From: Squalus acanthias
Taxonomy: Eukaryota
Assembly (NCBI GenBank): GCA_030390025.1
Contig: CM059431.1
Coordinates: 117,802,001 to 117,866,000 of the forward strand
Direction: 5' to 3'
Length of the DNA: 64,000 nucleotides
Of this stretch, positions 49,427 through 62,281 are shown in pieces. The notes below the pieces were generated by a model. That model saw only the letters and a program-made list of their open reading frames with translations, did no database searches and was not told the origin of the DNA. The position numbers and the translations under genes are program-made. Every line of letters begins with the position of its first letter. Positions within the stretch are counted from its first letter, which is position 1.

Positions 49427-50475
49427 TGACCCGGTGTGTACGCAGCCAGGGCTGCACATGCGTGAAAACCCGAAATTTGCGATGTCAAAAATCTTCTTGA
49501 CAGATCCTCCGCAACACTCACACACACATCTCACGCCTTGCACACAATGACGGCTATTCAACTGTGGCAGACACAAGGGTCATTAGTTATTAAAATGAAT
49601 GTGATATGTGTGATATGTTTGCAATATTTTGTGGTCTCTCTCATTTCATCTTTGCCAGGAGGATGCTGTGATATGGCATGACACAGGGATGGTATGATGG
49701 GCATGTGGTGAGCAAAAGGGATCTGAGGTTTAGGTCATCCTGCTGTGAGGCTGGAGGTCTGCTTGGAGGAGGTGGCAGAGTTCTGTGACCACCACCTTGG
49801 TGAAGCGAAGCCATCTACTACACTGCTCCTCACTTAAATTAAGGTAGGAGAGGTGTTATCTGAATACCCTCGGGGGGTAAGGCCTCCTGGTGAGAGCCCT
49901 GATGTCCCTCCTCATCCCTCTGCACACATGTTCCCGTATTTTTGGCTGCCGACGCTCCCTCTTCCATTGATCCTGGAGGGTGAGGTGGCCAGTACAGCCC
50001 CCATTAATGTTGGCAAGTGTAGCAGTTTGAATCTTTGAACAATAAATGTAGGTGATTTGCACTTGCCAGAACACTGCTGATAAAAAAGAATCTTGAAATT
50101 ACTCATACAAAGTGATCCACTAGCTGAAACTGACAAGAAACCATTGAAATTGACCTGCCCTGACAGCTGCGAGTGATTAATGCGGATGCCTTGAAATAAC
50201 CTCCCTAGAGCCGGCACCCTGCAGCTGTGCGCCTCCTCTCCCTGTCGCTGTCTGGTCGAGACGCAAAAGTAAGTGGCGAAAATCAATTTTGAAGATCGGG
50301 CTCCCTCACCGACGTCACGATCTTCCTGGCGTTGAAGTCCCCGGTGGTACCTTGTACCGTCATCACAATGGGGGGGTCCAGATTCGCTTCGCCCCGGCGC
50401 TACTGCATCAGCGCCCTGTTACCGCCCTCTGCAGGCACTAACAGGAGGCGCTAACCTACCGAATTTCCCCCCCCC
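49427..50475. mobile_element. Harbinger deletion derivative related to the right end of element B
   Basis: Transposase N-terminus RRPYPPRVFR on minus; ends GAATTTCCCCC. Confidence 0.75.
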
Positions 50476-51047
50476 CCCGCCCCGAGACTTTTATTGTGGC
50501 CATGGTGAAATTCTGGTTGGTGTAAATTATGTGCAAGTCTCTAGCTCCGGACGTAAGGCAATAACATCAATAACTGGCATTTAACAAAAAAATTCTGACC
50601 AATTTCAGTATTCAATGCTTTGAGGTGTCTGTTTATTTATCTTAATGGTATTGGAATGTGTGACCAGAAGAGGGAAAAAGGATGGAATGCTATTTCTGTG
50701 TGCATGTACATGATAAAAGCTGCAAGAAGTTGTGTATCACAAGCTGATATTGATTGATGATGTGTGGGTTTGTCTTCTTTTGAAATGAAAATAAAATTAA
50801 CACTTTTCACAAGCAGCTGTGCTTTTTTTTGTTACTTTCAGATATCAGATTAACTGTTTTAATGCACTAAACAACAACTTTTGCATTACTGACTGTAAAC
50901 ATTTTTTTAAATTTTAAGTTTTTTTAATTTGACAGAAGGGAATTAGAAATTGACAAATGACAAATTAACCTATTGGGCTGTCAGGAGCCTCAATGGATTT
51001 TCTGTTTTTTCTTTTAAGCAGAGGGCCTGATGAGTGTCGATGGCGCA

Positions 51048-51849
51048 CTTTCCATACCTCGGGAGCCTACTGTCAACAAGGGCAGACGTCGATGACGAAG
51101 TCCAACACCGCCTTCAGTGTGCCAGTGCAGCCTTCGGTTGCCTGAGGAAGAGAGTGTTTGAAGACCAGGACCTCAAACCCAGCACCAAGCTCATGGTCTA
51201 CAGAGCAGCAGTGATACCCGCCCTGCTGTATGCCTCAGAGACATGGACCATGTACAGCAGGCACCTCAAAGCACTGGAGAGGTACCACCAACGCTGCCTC
51301 CGCAAGATCCTGCAAATCCATTGGCAGGATAGGCGCACCAACGTCAGTGTTCTCGCTCAGGCCAACATCCCCAGCATCGAAGCTTCGACCACGCTCAATC
51401 AGCTCCGATGGACGGGTCACATCGTCCGCATGCCCGATTCGAGACTCCCAAAACAAGCGCTCTACTCGGAGTTCCGACACGACAAGAGAGCCCCAGGTGG
51501 GCAGAGGAAACGCTTCAAGGACACCCTCAAAGCCTCCTTGAAAAAGTGCAACATCCCCACTGACACCTGGGAATCCCTGGCCCAAAACCGCACAAAGTGG
51601 AGGAGAAGCATCCGGGAAGGCGCTGAACACCTCTGTCTCTTTGCCGGGAGCAAGCAGAAGCCAAGCGCAAACAGCAGAAGGAGCACATGCTAACACAAGC
51701 ACCCCACCCACCTGCCCCTTCAACCGCCGTCTGCCCCACCTGTGACAGAGACTGTAGGTCCCGCATTGGACTCATCAGTCACGTGAGAACTCATTTTTAA
51801 TGTGAAAGCAAGTCATCCTCGGTTCCGAGGGACTGCCTAAGAAGAAGAA
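51048..51849 (+). mobile_element. RTE-clade LINE, 5'-truncated
   Basis: FPYLGS, LLYASETW, LRWTGHIVRMPDSRLPK; (GAA)n tail; GATGGCGCA/GATGGTGCA TSD. Confidence 0.9.
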
Positions 51850-51998
51850 GATGGTGCAAGATTACCAAGAGCGCTTCTTTGATATAGAAATGACTTCAAG
51901 GGGTAAACAATTGCAAACTGTTTACATAGATAGTCTGTTTTCAAAGGATTTGGGAAATAGATACATTATTTTGACATTTTCCTTTGATGTCGTCAAAA

Positions 51999-52207
51999 TA
52001 TGGTGTATAAAGGATCATGGTTTTCAACAGTTTGTCAGAGTGTACTCGAAAGACACAGAAACAGAATATCCACTCTATACAATTAGAGACAGATCACCTT
52101 TACTGTATATCAATAAAGGTAGTTCCGTATACTCCACTATGAAGTCTCGTGCTTACTCGAAACGTGTTGTTGTGAACCAGAGGAGAAAGGAGGTTGACTG
52201 CCCAACA
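51999..52207 (+). repeat. 3' LTR of element 2 (alignable part; true start unclear)
   Basis: Direct repeat of 40433-40645. Confidence 0.85.
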
Positions 52208-52249
52208 GCAACTGCCTCATAATTTGCTACTTTACTCACGTAAAAGAAA

Positions 52250-52470
52250 AGCAGCAAAACTTGCATTTATATGGTATCTTTTATGACCCCAGGATGTCCC
52301 GAAACTTCTTCCAGCCAATGAAGTACTTTAGAAGTGTTATCACTGTTGTACTGTAGGAAACGTGGCAGCCATTTTGCACACAACAAGGTCCCACAAACTA
52401 CAATGTGACAATGACCAGATAATATGATTTTTTAGTTACTTTGGCTGAGGGATAAATATTGTGCAGGACA
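52250..52470 (-). mobile_element. SINE fragment with L2-type tail (DeuSINE-like)
   Basis: acttgcatttatat tail followed by a body I recognise as a common fish SINE; family not verified. Confidence 0.5.
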
Positions 52471-53254
52471 ATTTATTTAATATTTTAATTTACTGCTTTC
52501 AGATGACTTGACATTTATGATGACATTATCCAAATAATATTACATGGCAAAACATCTTGATCTGGTAATAATGCTACCTCACTTTTCTTATTTTCTCATC
52601 TCTTATCAGCTTGATTTTACAATATATGGTACAGAAAATTAAGCAAAATGGTAATATTTTTGAGGGTATGAAGAGTGTCCTGGAGTGGTGAGGGAGTTAA
52701 TGTTCTATATAAATTTTGTAAGTTTGTGCCTATATCAGTGTTACTAACTTTCTATATCAAGGGGGTCACGATCCCAAACAATGGCATAGATTTTCATCTC
52801 CACTGTGGTGTAGAAGCCACCCGATTTTTTTCCAAATCAATCGAATGAAAATTGACGGGTTCTACAATGGGCGGGTGATTCGCACTGCCAGATTACCGCC
52901 CAGGCGCTGAAGATGATGGGAAAAATAGATAAAGAGGAGGTACTTAAAATTTTGGCCGTGCTCAAAGTAGAAAAGTCCCCCGGTCCAGATGGGATGCATC
53001 CTTTGTTGCTGAGGGAAGAAAGGGTGGAAACAATGGAGGCTCTAGTCATGTGAATTGGAAATTCAGACGGAAATTCGACCCATGGAGCAGTGAGACAGTT
53101 AATAGCTACTGGTGAGGCAGGCACATGTTTCCTGATGTGGTATTGTGAGTACCTCTGAATCTAAAATCAATTTTTATTTATTACATTATGCTTTTGAGTA
53201 AGCAAGCAGTATTTGCATCTATTATGAAAAGAATGCCAATTATGGAGAAACACA

Positions 53255-53398
53255 AAAGGCATCAAGGGGTATGGGGAGAGAGGGGGAATATGGTATTGAG
53301 ATAGAGGATCAGCCATGATCATATTGAATGGCAGAGCAGGCTTGAAGGGCCGAATGGCCTACTCCTGCTCCTATTTTTCTATGGTTTCTATGGTTTCT
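53255..53398 (+). mobile_element. CR1 3' end
   Basis: CR1 3' UTR plus (TTTCTATGG)n tail. Confidence 0.75.
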
Positions 53399-54383
53399 AA
53401 ACTGTAAATTAGTTTTAACTTTTGCCACACTGCTGCATGGTTTTTAGTCAGTTGTAACTGCAGTAATTTTGTCTATCCTTACTACCATGATTTGCAAGAC
53501 AAAACGGCGCACAGTTGATTGGACCCCAGGATATCAATTTGTTTGTGACACTTCATTAGCTTCGAAATGTACTCATGGATTTAACCACACATCTGAAATA
53601 TATTCAGGAGAATGTATTAAATTGGACATGATAAATCCAGGCTATATACTGTGTCACCTTGACAGTATAATTTATGAACTTGTTGGACTTGCGTAGAGAA
53701 AGAAAATTACTTTTTAAAAATGTTATAAAAATAACATTGCTTGGTTTTATTCTGCAACAATTTGGACTATGAGTAACTCTTGAAAAGCAATGTTATAGCA
53801 ATTGTTTTAAATACTAGAAATGGAACTACTTAGTAATGGGTTTTCAATACTGTATTACATGTATTTTTTAGATTTATACAAGAAGTGATTTTCAACACAA
53901 AACAAAGTCACTCATGTACAATTAATCCCACTTTAGAACAAGTACGATTTCTCAATGACAAGCTTGTTCATAAGGAGAATTATTTTTGATGAAGTATTCA
54001 TCTTTCTAGAATTACTAATTGGACAACAACTGGGTAGCAGAATCATTGTTATCAACCTACTTGCTTTTACAAAGAATAACCTTTCCCAACGGAATGCAGT
54101 AATTAAAAAATATATATTTTAAATGGCTGGCTTTGGACAACTCAATGAGGAAGAGTCTGGGCATAATACTACATACGAGCCAACTAAGGTGAAACATCAT
54201 CTTCTTCTCTCACCTTTTGTTTGCTGAGGCATTTTTATGTAATTAAGTAATGGATGATTAATGATGCAGACTATGAACAGAATGTACTCACAGAACTGTT
54301 CATTTAACATTGAAGGGACACCAGACCATCTCTTGAAAGCTGTTTCCAACGGTGGTGCGGGGTGGGGGGAGCATTGACACATA

Positions 54384-55148
54384 GGCCTAGAAATTCGCGT
54401 GGCCGGCTTGCCGCGGGGGTAAGGATCGCGCGCGCTCTTACCCACCGCGCCTGCCGTTGTGTTTTCGGCCCACAGGAACTTCGGGTCCCGGGCCTCTCCC
54501 AAGAGCCGGCGCGCAGTGCTTGCGTGTTTCAGGGGCACAGTTAGTGCGATGCGACCCCTGGGATCATGTGGGCCATGGAGAGCCAATGGCAGCAGACCAT
54601 CTTTCATTCATAGATTTGACAGGAGACCTGTCAAATCTGTGAATTGAAATCGGCCCCAAAAGAACAGCTAAACCTCAAATAATTTTTTTTTAAAAAACCA
54701 TCACATTTATAAAATAACTATAGTTAAATAAATTAACCACTTTAAACAAAAATTTTAATTTTTGAAAAAATTAAAATATTTTTAAAAGTTATAAAAATAA
54801 ACTTACCTTTCTTTAAAGTCTCTAAAAAAGATAAACCTGTTGAAAAAAATTTAAAATTATACTTAATTAACTACTTACCTTGTTCAAAAGGGGTCTTACG
54901 CCTCCTTTTTACTAGCGTAGAATCTTCAATACTTACCCTCGCGTTGAAACCTGAAAAAAAATCTAAGTGTGCTGCGTGCGCGCAGCCTCTAGTGCGCACG
55001 CGGTTCACCTAGGAACCGCCCCCTTCACCATACCGGAAGTGCCGGTTTCCCGCGCATGCGCAGTGCATGCAGGAAACCGGCACTTCGGGAATGAATACGG
55101 GTGAGTACGCACTGAGTACTCACCCGAGAACGGCCGAATTTTTGGGCC
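54384..55148. mobile_element. Harbinger-type MITE (765 bp) with internal hairpins
   Basis: TIRs GGCCTAGAAATTCG / CGAATTTTTGGGCC; ATA TSD. Confidence 0.85.
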
Positions 55149-55264
55149 ATAAGATGGGCAAGTTCTGTACTAGATAACTTGAAACCTGGTAAGAGGAACT
55201 GTACTATTTACATCAGTAACACTGTTCTCTTGTCACATCACACTGGTATAAGGTTGGTTTAACA

Positions 55265-55667
55265 ACATAGAAACATAGAAACATAGAAGATAGGAGCAGG
55301 AGTAGGCCATTCGGCCCCTCGAGCCTGTTCCGCCATTTAATGAGATCATGGCTGATCATCCAAATTCAGTACCTTGTCCCTGCTTTCTCCCCATATCCCT
55401 TGATCCCTTTAGCCTTAAGAAATATATCTAACTCGTTCTTGAATATATTTAATGAATTGGCCTCAACTGCCTTGTGTGGTAGAGAATTCCACAGGTTCAC
55501 CACTCTCTGGGTGAAGAAATTCCTCCTCATCTCAGTACTAAATGGCTTACCCCTTATCCTTAGACTGTGACCCCTGGTTCTGGACTTCCCCGCCATCGGG
55601 AACATCCTTCCTGCATCTAGTCTGTCTAGTCCTGTTAGAATTTTATAAGTTTCAATGAGATCCCCTC
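55265..55667 (-). mobile_element. CR1 3' fragment, same family as 43735-48202
   Basis: Near-identical to 43740-44140. Confidence 0.9.
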
Positions 55668-55879
55668 TAACATGAGTGCTGTAAGCCCCTTTTTCTCCTT
55701 TCAAGGAATCAAGATGTTTCCAAGACCTTATTAGGTGGTGATACAAACCATTTGATATTTCAGGATTGTCCACATTTTTTTCTGCCTCATTTGTTGTGTA
55801 TATAGCTGCTTCCATTGCTGTTTAAGGAACCATAAGGAAAGAGACAGACTAAATCGCGGAGCAAGAGGTGACTCTGGAG

Positions 55880-56420
55880 AATTAATTCTGATGAAAATAT
55901 TTACAGGACAGGATGAACTTATCCTGGTTTATCTAGGAGGCATTATGGGAGAAGAACCAGATGAAGCAGGGATGTCATCATGGAGCTATGTGATTTGATT
56001 CCGTGAAGATTCAGCCAGTATTTTTTAGTAATTCCACAAGTTACTGGAGAGACAGAGGTCACAGCAGCTCTGCTTGGGTGTTATTTGAAGCTCTTGGTTT
56101 GACGTAATTGTCATTGAACAGGAACAAAAATGTTGATATTTCATTCTTCATTCTGTATAATTATTTTTTTGGACAGCTGAACAAACAGTTGTCAAAGTGA
56201 TAAACATCCTACGCACTGTTTGGATTTGCACTAGTGCTGGGTGTCCTCCACTGCACAAGCATTAATATAGGGTGCCCCACCGAAATTCTGCTCATTGATA
56301 TAAATCAAAAGGGATTCTGTCCCCACAAGATGTTGGTGATCAGTGATGCACAGAACATTATTATGCTAATTACAGTTGAATTCATTCTAAAGAATTCATG
56401 AGTTCCAACATTATTAAAAC
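55880..56420 (+). pseudogene. Ancient, highly decayed Harbinger transposase
   Basis: SRDVIMELCDLI, VTAAL, GFALVLGVLHCTSINI..INQKGFCPHKMLVISD, colinear with GFP.VQGAIDCTH..NRKG..S.NVQ..CD. Confidence 0.55.
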
Positions 56421-56839
56421 AGCAATAACTGACCTCAACGATGACTATTAGGTAAACAAGTGAACATGTTGATTCATGAAAAATCGGTAAATTGAAGCCA
56501 AACTTAATTACAGACATGCACCTGTAAACAAAAGAGCCGTGGGTACATTAAGTTGCTCAAAATAGGATGAAGATGCTTTAGTGGCATCTTATTGTAGGAT
56601 CGAGTAAATGGGAACAGAATTTTTGCAGTTTGCTAAATGCTCCATCATCATGCATTGCACAGGAGACACCAATTGTGCTCTGATGAAGAATATACATACC
56701 ATGGAAATTCACGAACAAGAACCTCAACTGTCTATTCAGGGGGATAACGTCATGGTATTGTCTAGGAAAATGCACAACCTAAGCACAAAAATCTAATGAG
56801 ACTGATGAACCGTCATCTTGGCCTGTATATATTAGAGTT

Positions 56840-57160
56840 ATGTTTCACAAGATCAGAAGAGGGTGACAGGTGAGGATGGTCATTTGGCCTGTCTTATTTC
56901 ATCCACTTAGAATAACACTAAAGCTCCCCCCATCGCAGCATTCAATTAGTTTTCAAATGATTTCAGGGTTTTTGACTCCACTACTCCATATGGCAGGCCT
57001 TTTCAAATATTGATCACTCTCTGTGTGAAGAAAAACTTTCTGAAATCATTCCTAAATTTGCCTTTTACTAGGTTGAATCTGTGGCCCCTCGTTCTCCTCT
57101 CATGATTTAATTTAAAGTAATTGTCCGGATTTGCCTTTTCCATACTGTTTACTATTTTGG
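56840..57160 (-). mobile_element. Old CR1 3' fragment
   Basis: actctctgtgtgaagaaaaac and ctgtggcccctcgtt are CR1 3' motifs. Confidence 0.55.
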
Positions 57161-59339
57161 ATTAGGTAAATCTGGATAATTATTTTGAATTAAATCTTGA
57201 GAGTAGAACAATTGGGTTGCAAGGAATAACCATCTCATATAATCTGATAAGCATAAACACACCGTCCAAATAAATTTGTATGAAAGAGGATAATTTCATG
57301 ATTGAAACAAAGATACGTAAAATGCAAAATTAATGATGCATTGCAATCCCTTTGTTTATAATCTTTGTCCGAGAGCATGTTTCTCTTTTAATCTTGGAAT
57401 GTCTTCTCACTGGTTACTCACTAGTAAAGGATTGTGTGACCTTAGTTAATCACTTAAAATAGCAGTGCCACTTCAGGGAGGAGTTACATCAAAATTGAAT
57501 GCTCAAATTCCAGGGTGTGGTTACAGTGGTAGCACTAGTTGGTCTCTTTGCATGAGGAAAGGGGTATCTTGAACCAACTGAGAAAACAGTTCTAAGCCTA
57601 CTTTGTGTGCTTCTGTAGATATGACCCAGATGTTCCTCTGTGGTGCTTTTTCCACATGAAATGCATCAGGGCTGGACTTCTGCGTGGCACTGTGTCCTAC
57701 TCTGACTTTGGCAAATCTTCTGCCATCCAGCTAATTGAAACATTGTTGCCTTACTCCTGGTACTTATACCAGGCCCATCAGGTCACCCTCCTCAGGTGGG
57801 AGTGGGAAAACAGCTGTGCATCCTAATTCAGTGCAGAATGGCTGGTGGTGTCGGCTGATAAAGACTAGCGAAAAATATATACTTTTTAATTTTCTGCATT
57901 GCCTAGTGCAATCAACTGTATTATTTTAGAACCCTGCCCCTCTGTCTCCTTAGCAACACTGGACCCCAGGAAAGCAACAGTACTCCTGATGCCCAGCATT
58001 GCTAAGGGCCAAATGACGGTAAATACCTCGGATGATGTTTTCCTATCATTACCCTATAAATTGTGAATGCCTGTGGACGTATTGAATGTTTGCTCTCACT
58101 TCTGGTGGAGAAATTCGGGATGGTGCAATTCCTGCTCTCCTCCACCCCAAAATGGGCAGAAGGAAAAGAGGAAAATCTGAGCCTATAAAAATTGACCCAG
58201 CTTTCAATAAAGATAGAAAAGGCCCCATTTTCCTCTCTATGATGTACCAAGATTTGTTCAGCTGGTTGAAACCAGTCAGCATGGCTCACTAAACTTAGAA
58301 AAAAACTTTACCTGATAAATGACTGCAACCACTTTCTGACATCCTCAATGTCTTACTCAGAACTCATCCTATGTAGCTTACTCCATATATTAGACAGGAT
58401 GACACCACAGTCATTATCGTGATTGAAATATTCTCCACAGTGCATTGCATTGCACTCATTCTGGAGTCCAATACCCCATTCAAATCAAAAAATGATCTTT
58501 CAATATTCTTCAATGTTTGATCTATGGACTTACGAAAGTCCTACATATCCTGGTGAAAACCTGTTAATGCACCTCAGCCACTGGACTCAATATCCAGCCC
58601 CTCTATCATTGGTACACCGTGGCTGCATTATGTGCCATCTACAAGATGCACTGCAGCATGAACTGGCATGAAAACTTCATGGTCTGGTAACCCTCCTTCT
58701 ATTCCAGATGTTGTCTGCAGGTTACACTGCAGCAGGTGGTATGACTCTGTCTTGTGAAGTAGAGGCAATGAAGGTAGGTCATCTTCTGACTTGTTCCGGT
58801 AGATGTGGAGAGGTCTTTAAATGCAGGTCCCAGGGCGGTGACAGGTGCAGAACAAAGGCCTTAGGGTGTCATTGCACTTGCATTTGTTGGCTCCTCATGA
58901 CCTCCTTCTAAAGTCATATGTTTCAAAACCCATCCTCAATGTCAGGCATGGTACAATTTAAATGTAAGAAAAAAACAAGATTAATGAAGAAAAGAATTGT
59001 CAGGAAAAACTCAAAAATGGAAAAATGGCACAATACCGAGCAAAACAACTAATGCATGGAACAAGATGAAGAAAACGGTAATTAAAAACATACAGGGGGT
59101 GAAATTGGATTTGGCCCAAAAACGGGTGGGGGGATTATTCAAAGTGGTGCGGGCAGCACGCAAAATTTGTGCTGCCTGCTCATTACAATAATTGGAGCAC
59201 TGAGCTCAGCGCTAAACAGGCTGCTGGTTGGCTCAGCGCTCAAGAGGGTGGCCAATATGGGGTGCAGTCTACTGGCCAATAACATTTTGCCTCGGCTTTC
59301 TGCAATTCTTAAAGGGGAGGTGCTTTCTTGCAGAAGCAC

Positions 59340-60950
59340 CTCGTTGTCACTGTGGATGCAGCCTCGTCGCAACAGGGAAGAGAAAGGGCATAGCGCTTCT
59401 CAGATGCAGCATTGGAGGCCTTGGGCCAGGGGGTATACTTAAGAAGACAGGCTCTCTAATCGCAGGAGGGCAGGAGGCCTTCTAGACAGAATGGCAGAAG
59501 GCAATGGGATGAGAGAACCCAAGCCGTCAGTGCTATGAGTGTTGCCCCCAGGACCTGGATCCAGTACCACATGAAGTTTAATGACCTCACACGAGTGGTC
59601 AAGGTCAGCAAATGCAGCTTCAAATGCCATATCCCACCAATTGCACCATTAGCCTCACACACTGCTGAATGCACCACACCCCCATCACTCACCTACCAAC
59701 AATCTCTAGCAATCATAACTTATACCTCACAATCATAGTTTCACCTCACCCTCACACACTTTTGAAAGCCTCATACCCACATCTCATATCTTGCAGACAA
59801 GGTCAGCTATTCAACCATGACAGACACATCACCCAAACACATTGCACCACACTCACTGACACACTTCCCTTTCTCTTGCAGGCCAAGGTGGCTCACAACC
59901 AATATGAGCAGCAGCAGACAGGTGGAGGTGAAGCACGTCTGTCGAACCTTACTGCGCTCGAGGAGACTGTGCTGGAGATAACTGGAGGGGCCGTCACTGA
60001 GGCCGTGGTGAGCAGCGAAGTTGAAAGCATTGCTGATGATGGCATGCTCATATCTAATCTATCTTCTCACATCCCACTTCACCCTCATTGCACAATCTTT
60101 TCTCACTTACAAGCTGCTGATGGTATAAGCGGGCACATCTTGCTTTCACACCCCCTCACCACAACCTGACCCTTGTGCATTTCTCCTTTCAGATACCCAA
60201 GAACTGCCAGCAGCCCAGCCTGTCCCCGACCAAGTAGAAGAGGAGAGTGATGGAGAAGAAGAGGCACGGTCACACCATCTGACACTCCCAGGCACCAGCA
60301 CAGAAAATGGCACAGTGCAAACTTTGAGTGTAGTATAGAGGCAGGGTCTGCACATGGTGAGTCACCGGGCATGAGTGGGCTGCAGCCAGGCCAGGGGGTG
60401 AGTTCGCATATGAGTTCTGCTGCACACGACTCTGAAGAGTACTTCAATGGTGCGGCCTTCAGAAGAAGGGTGAAGGGTGCAGTCTCAGATTGCTGCCATG
60501 CAAGCTCAGACTGATGCCATCGTGGCTGGGTTTTCGAGTGGGGAAAGGAGCTTGCAGGGTCTCACAGCAGTCCAGCAATCTGTGCTCCAACAGATGGCAA
60601 GGAATGTAGAAGCGCCGCCCCAGGGGAGTGGCAGTGGCTCCATGGAGCAAGGATCTGCTATCCTCTCTCAGAATGACAGCATTCGTATTCCTACCACTGC
60701 CACTATGCCAGTGCCCTTGCTGCTGCCTGTCAACCAGCCAGCCCAGACTGCTGCCACCCATGTTGTGGTGGTGCAGTCTACAGCCGGGCCTTCTAGGCCC
60801 AGAGCTGCTTGAGGTCATCCTACAAGGTCATCTGCAGTTTCCCGCATGGAAAGTCAGCAGCCATGCTGCAGCCACTGGGGAAGCACTGCATAGGAATACT
60901 AGAATAGGCAAAGGGACACTAAAGACAGACACCAAAGGAATGTACAAAGG
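59340..60950 (+). pseudogene. Harbinger C Myb/SANT-like gene; exon 1 ends 59603, exon 2 starts 59882, exon 3 starts 60193
   Basis: PRTWIQYHMKFNDLTRVVK; AKVAHNQYEQQQTGGG; exon 3 internally deleted. Confidence 0.8.
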
Positions 60951-61126
60951 TGATTAGTTGACTTTGTTATGTAGTATTGGGTTGAAGCATTTAGAAATTA
61001 TATATGGAACACTTGTTTTGTGGTGGCTTTCATTTCAGATTTCTACCCAATAGGATGCTGTAATGCTCCATGACAGAGGGATGGTAAGGTGGGGAAGTGT
61101 TGAGCAACGGGGATCTGGGGTTTCAT

Positions 61127-61226
61127 TCATTGGAACCAGAGGCTAATGAGGCGCTCACGGACAGCCCGTCTGTAATGGGTATCTGCTGCCTGTCTCCTCC
61201 CTTCCTTCTCCTCCCTTCCTCCTCTC

Positions 61227-61257
<31 letters not shown>

Positions 61258-62281
61258 ATCCTCATGAGGTGGTCGCGGAACCCGTGAGGGCAAGGGATAT
61301 GCCCTCATGATGGCCAAGCTGTGGAGGATGCAACAGACCACCACAAAATGGGATGCCCGCTCTGGCGTGCACTGGAGGGCTCCTCCCAAGTGGTCAAGGC
61401 AGCGGAACTATTGCTTTAGCACCCCGATGGTCTGCTCAATGAGGTTCTTCGTGGCAGCATGGCTCTCATTATATGACTGCTGGCCATGAGTGGTGGGAAT
61501 GTGGAGGGGCATCATCAGCCAGGTATAGAGCAGATAGCCCCTGTCTCCAAGCAGCCACCCTCGGGTTTGACGTGATGGCTGGAAGATTGCTGAAAGTCCG
61601 GACTGGTGCAGGATGAAGTCATGATTGCTGCCAGGATATCAGGCATTCACGGTCATAATGTACTGGGTGTGGTTGCACACCAACTGCACAGTAATTGAGT
61701 GGTAGCTTTTGCACTCGCGGTACATCTCAGCACTGCTATGCGGTGCCCGCAAAGCCATGTGTGTGCAGCCGATGGTGCCCTGCACCATGGGGAAGTCCAA
61801 TATCCTGGCAAAGCCACATGTGTGCTCCTACTGCTTCTCTCTGTTCAGAGAGAAGACAATTAAGTCCCTTCTTCTGCAGTACAGCGCTTCTGTGACCTCC
61901 AGAATGCAATGATGTTAGCTATGTCGTCTGCTCCAGACTGGAAGGATCTGGTGGCATAAAATTCAGGGCCACGGTCATCTTGAGGGCCACTGGCAGCGCC
62001 GTCGTCCCCCTGCTCTGAAGCCGCAGGTTTGGTTTCAAGAGGTGGCAGATTTCTGTGATCACGTCCTTGGTGAAGCGGAGTCTCCGAATACACTGCTCCT
62101 GGCTTAAGTGCAAGTCGGAGTAGTGCTCTTGGAAGACCCTAGTTAGGCAAGGCCTCCTGCTGAGAGCCCTCTTGCCCCTCCTCCTCCTCCCTCTGCAAAC
62201 AGCTTGTCCTCTTCTTTGCTGCCTCTACTCCATCTCCCTGTCATGCTGCAGCGCGAGGGGAACTGCAAGTAGAGCCCCCAT
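61127..62281 (-). pseudogene. Harbinger DDE transposase C
   Basis: LSQEQCIRRLRFTKDV, VALNF, CCILHSLA, acidic tail. Confidence 0.9.

Larger units (their letters stand above)
34394..52207 (+). mobile_element. LTR retroelement 2 (PBS-His, non-autonomous) with many nested insertions
   Basis: TGTTAG start, CTAACA/CCAACA LTR ends; direct repeat 40433-40645 versus 51999-52207; ACAAC/GCAAC 5-bp TSD (1 mismatch). Confidence 0.75.

Noticed and set aside
53400..54380. AT-rich unique-looking stretch as a host exon or regulatory element
   Set aside because: No supportable ORF, splice pattern or motif cluster
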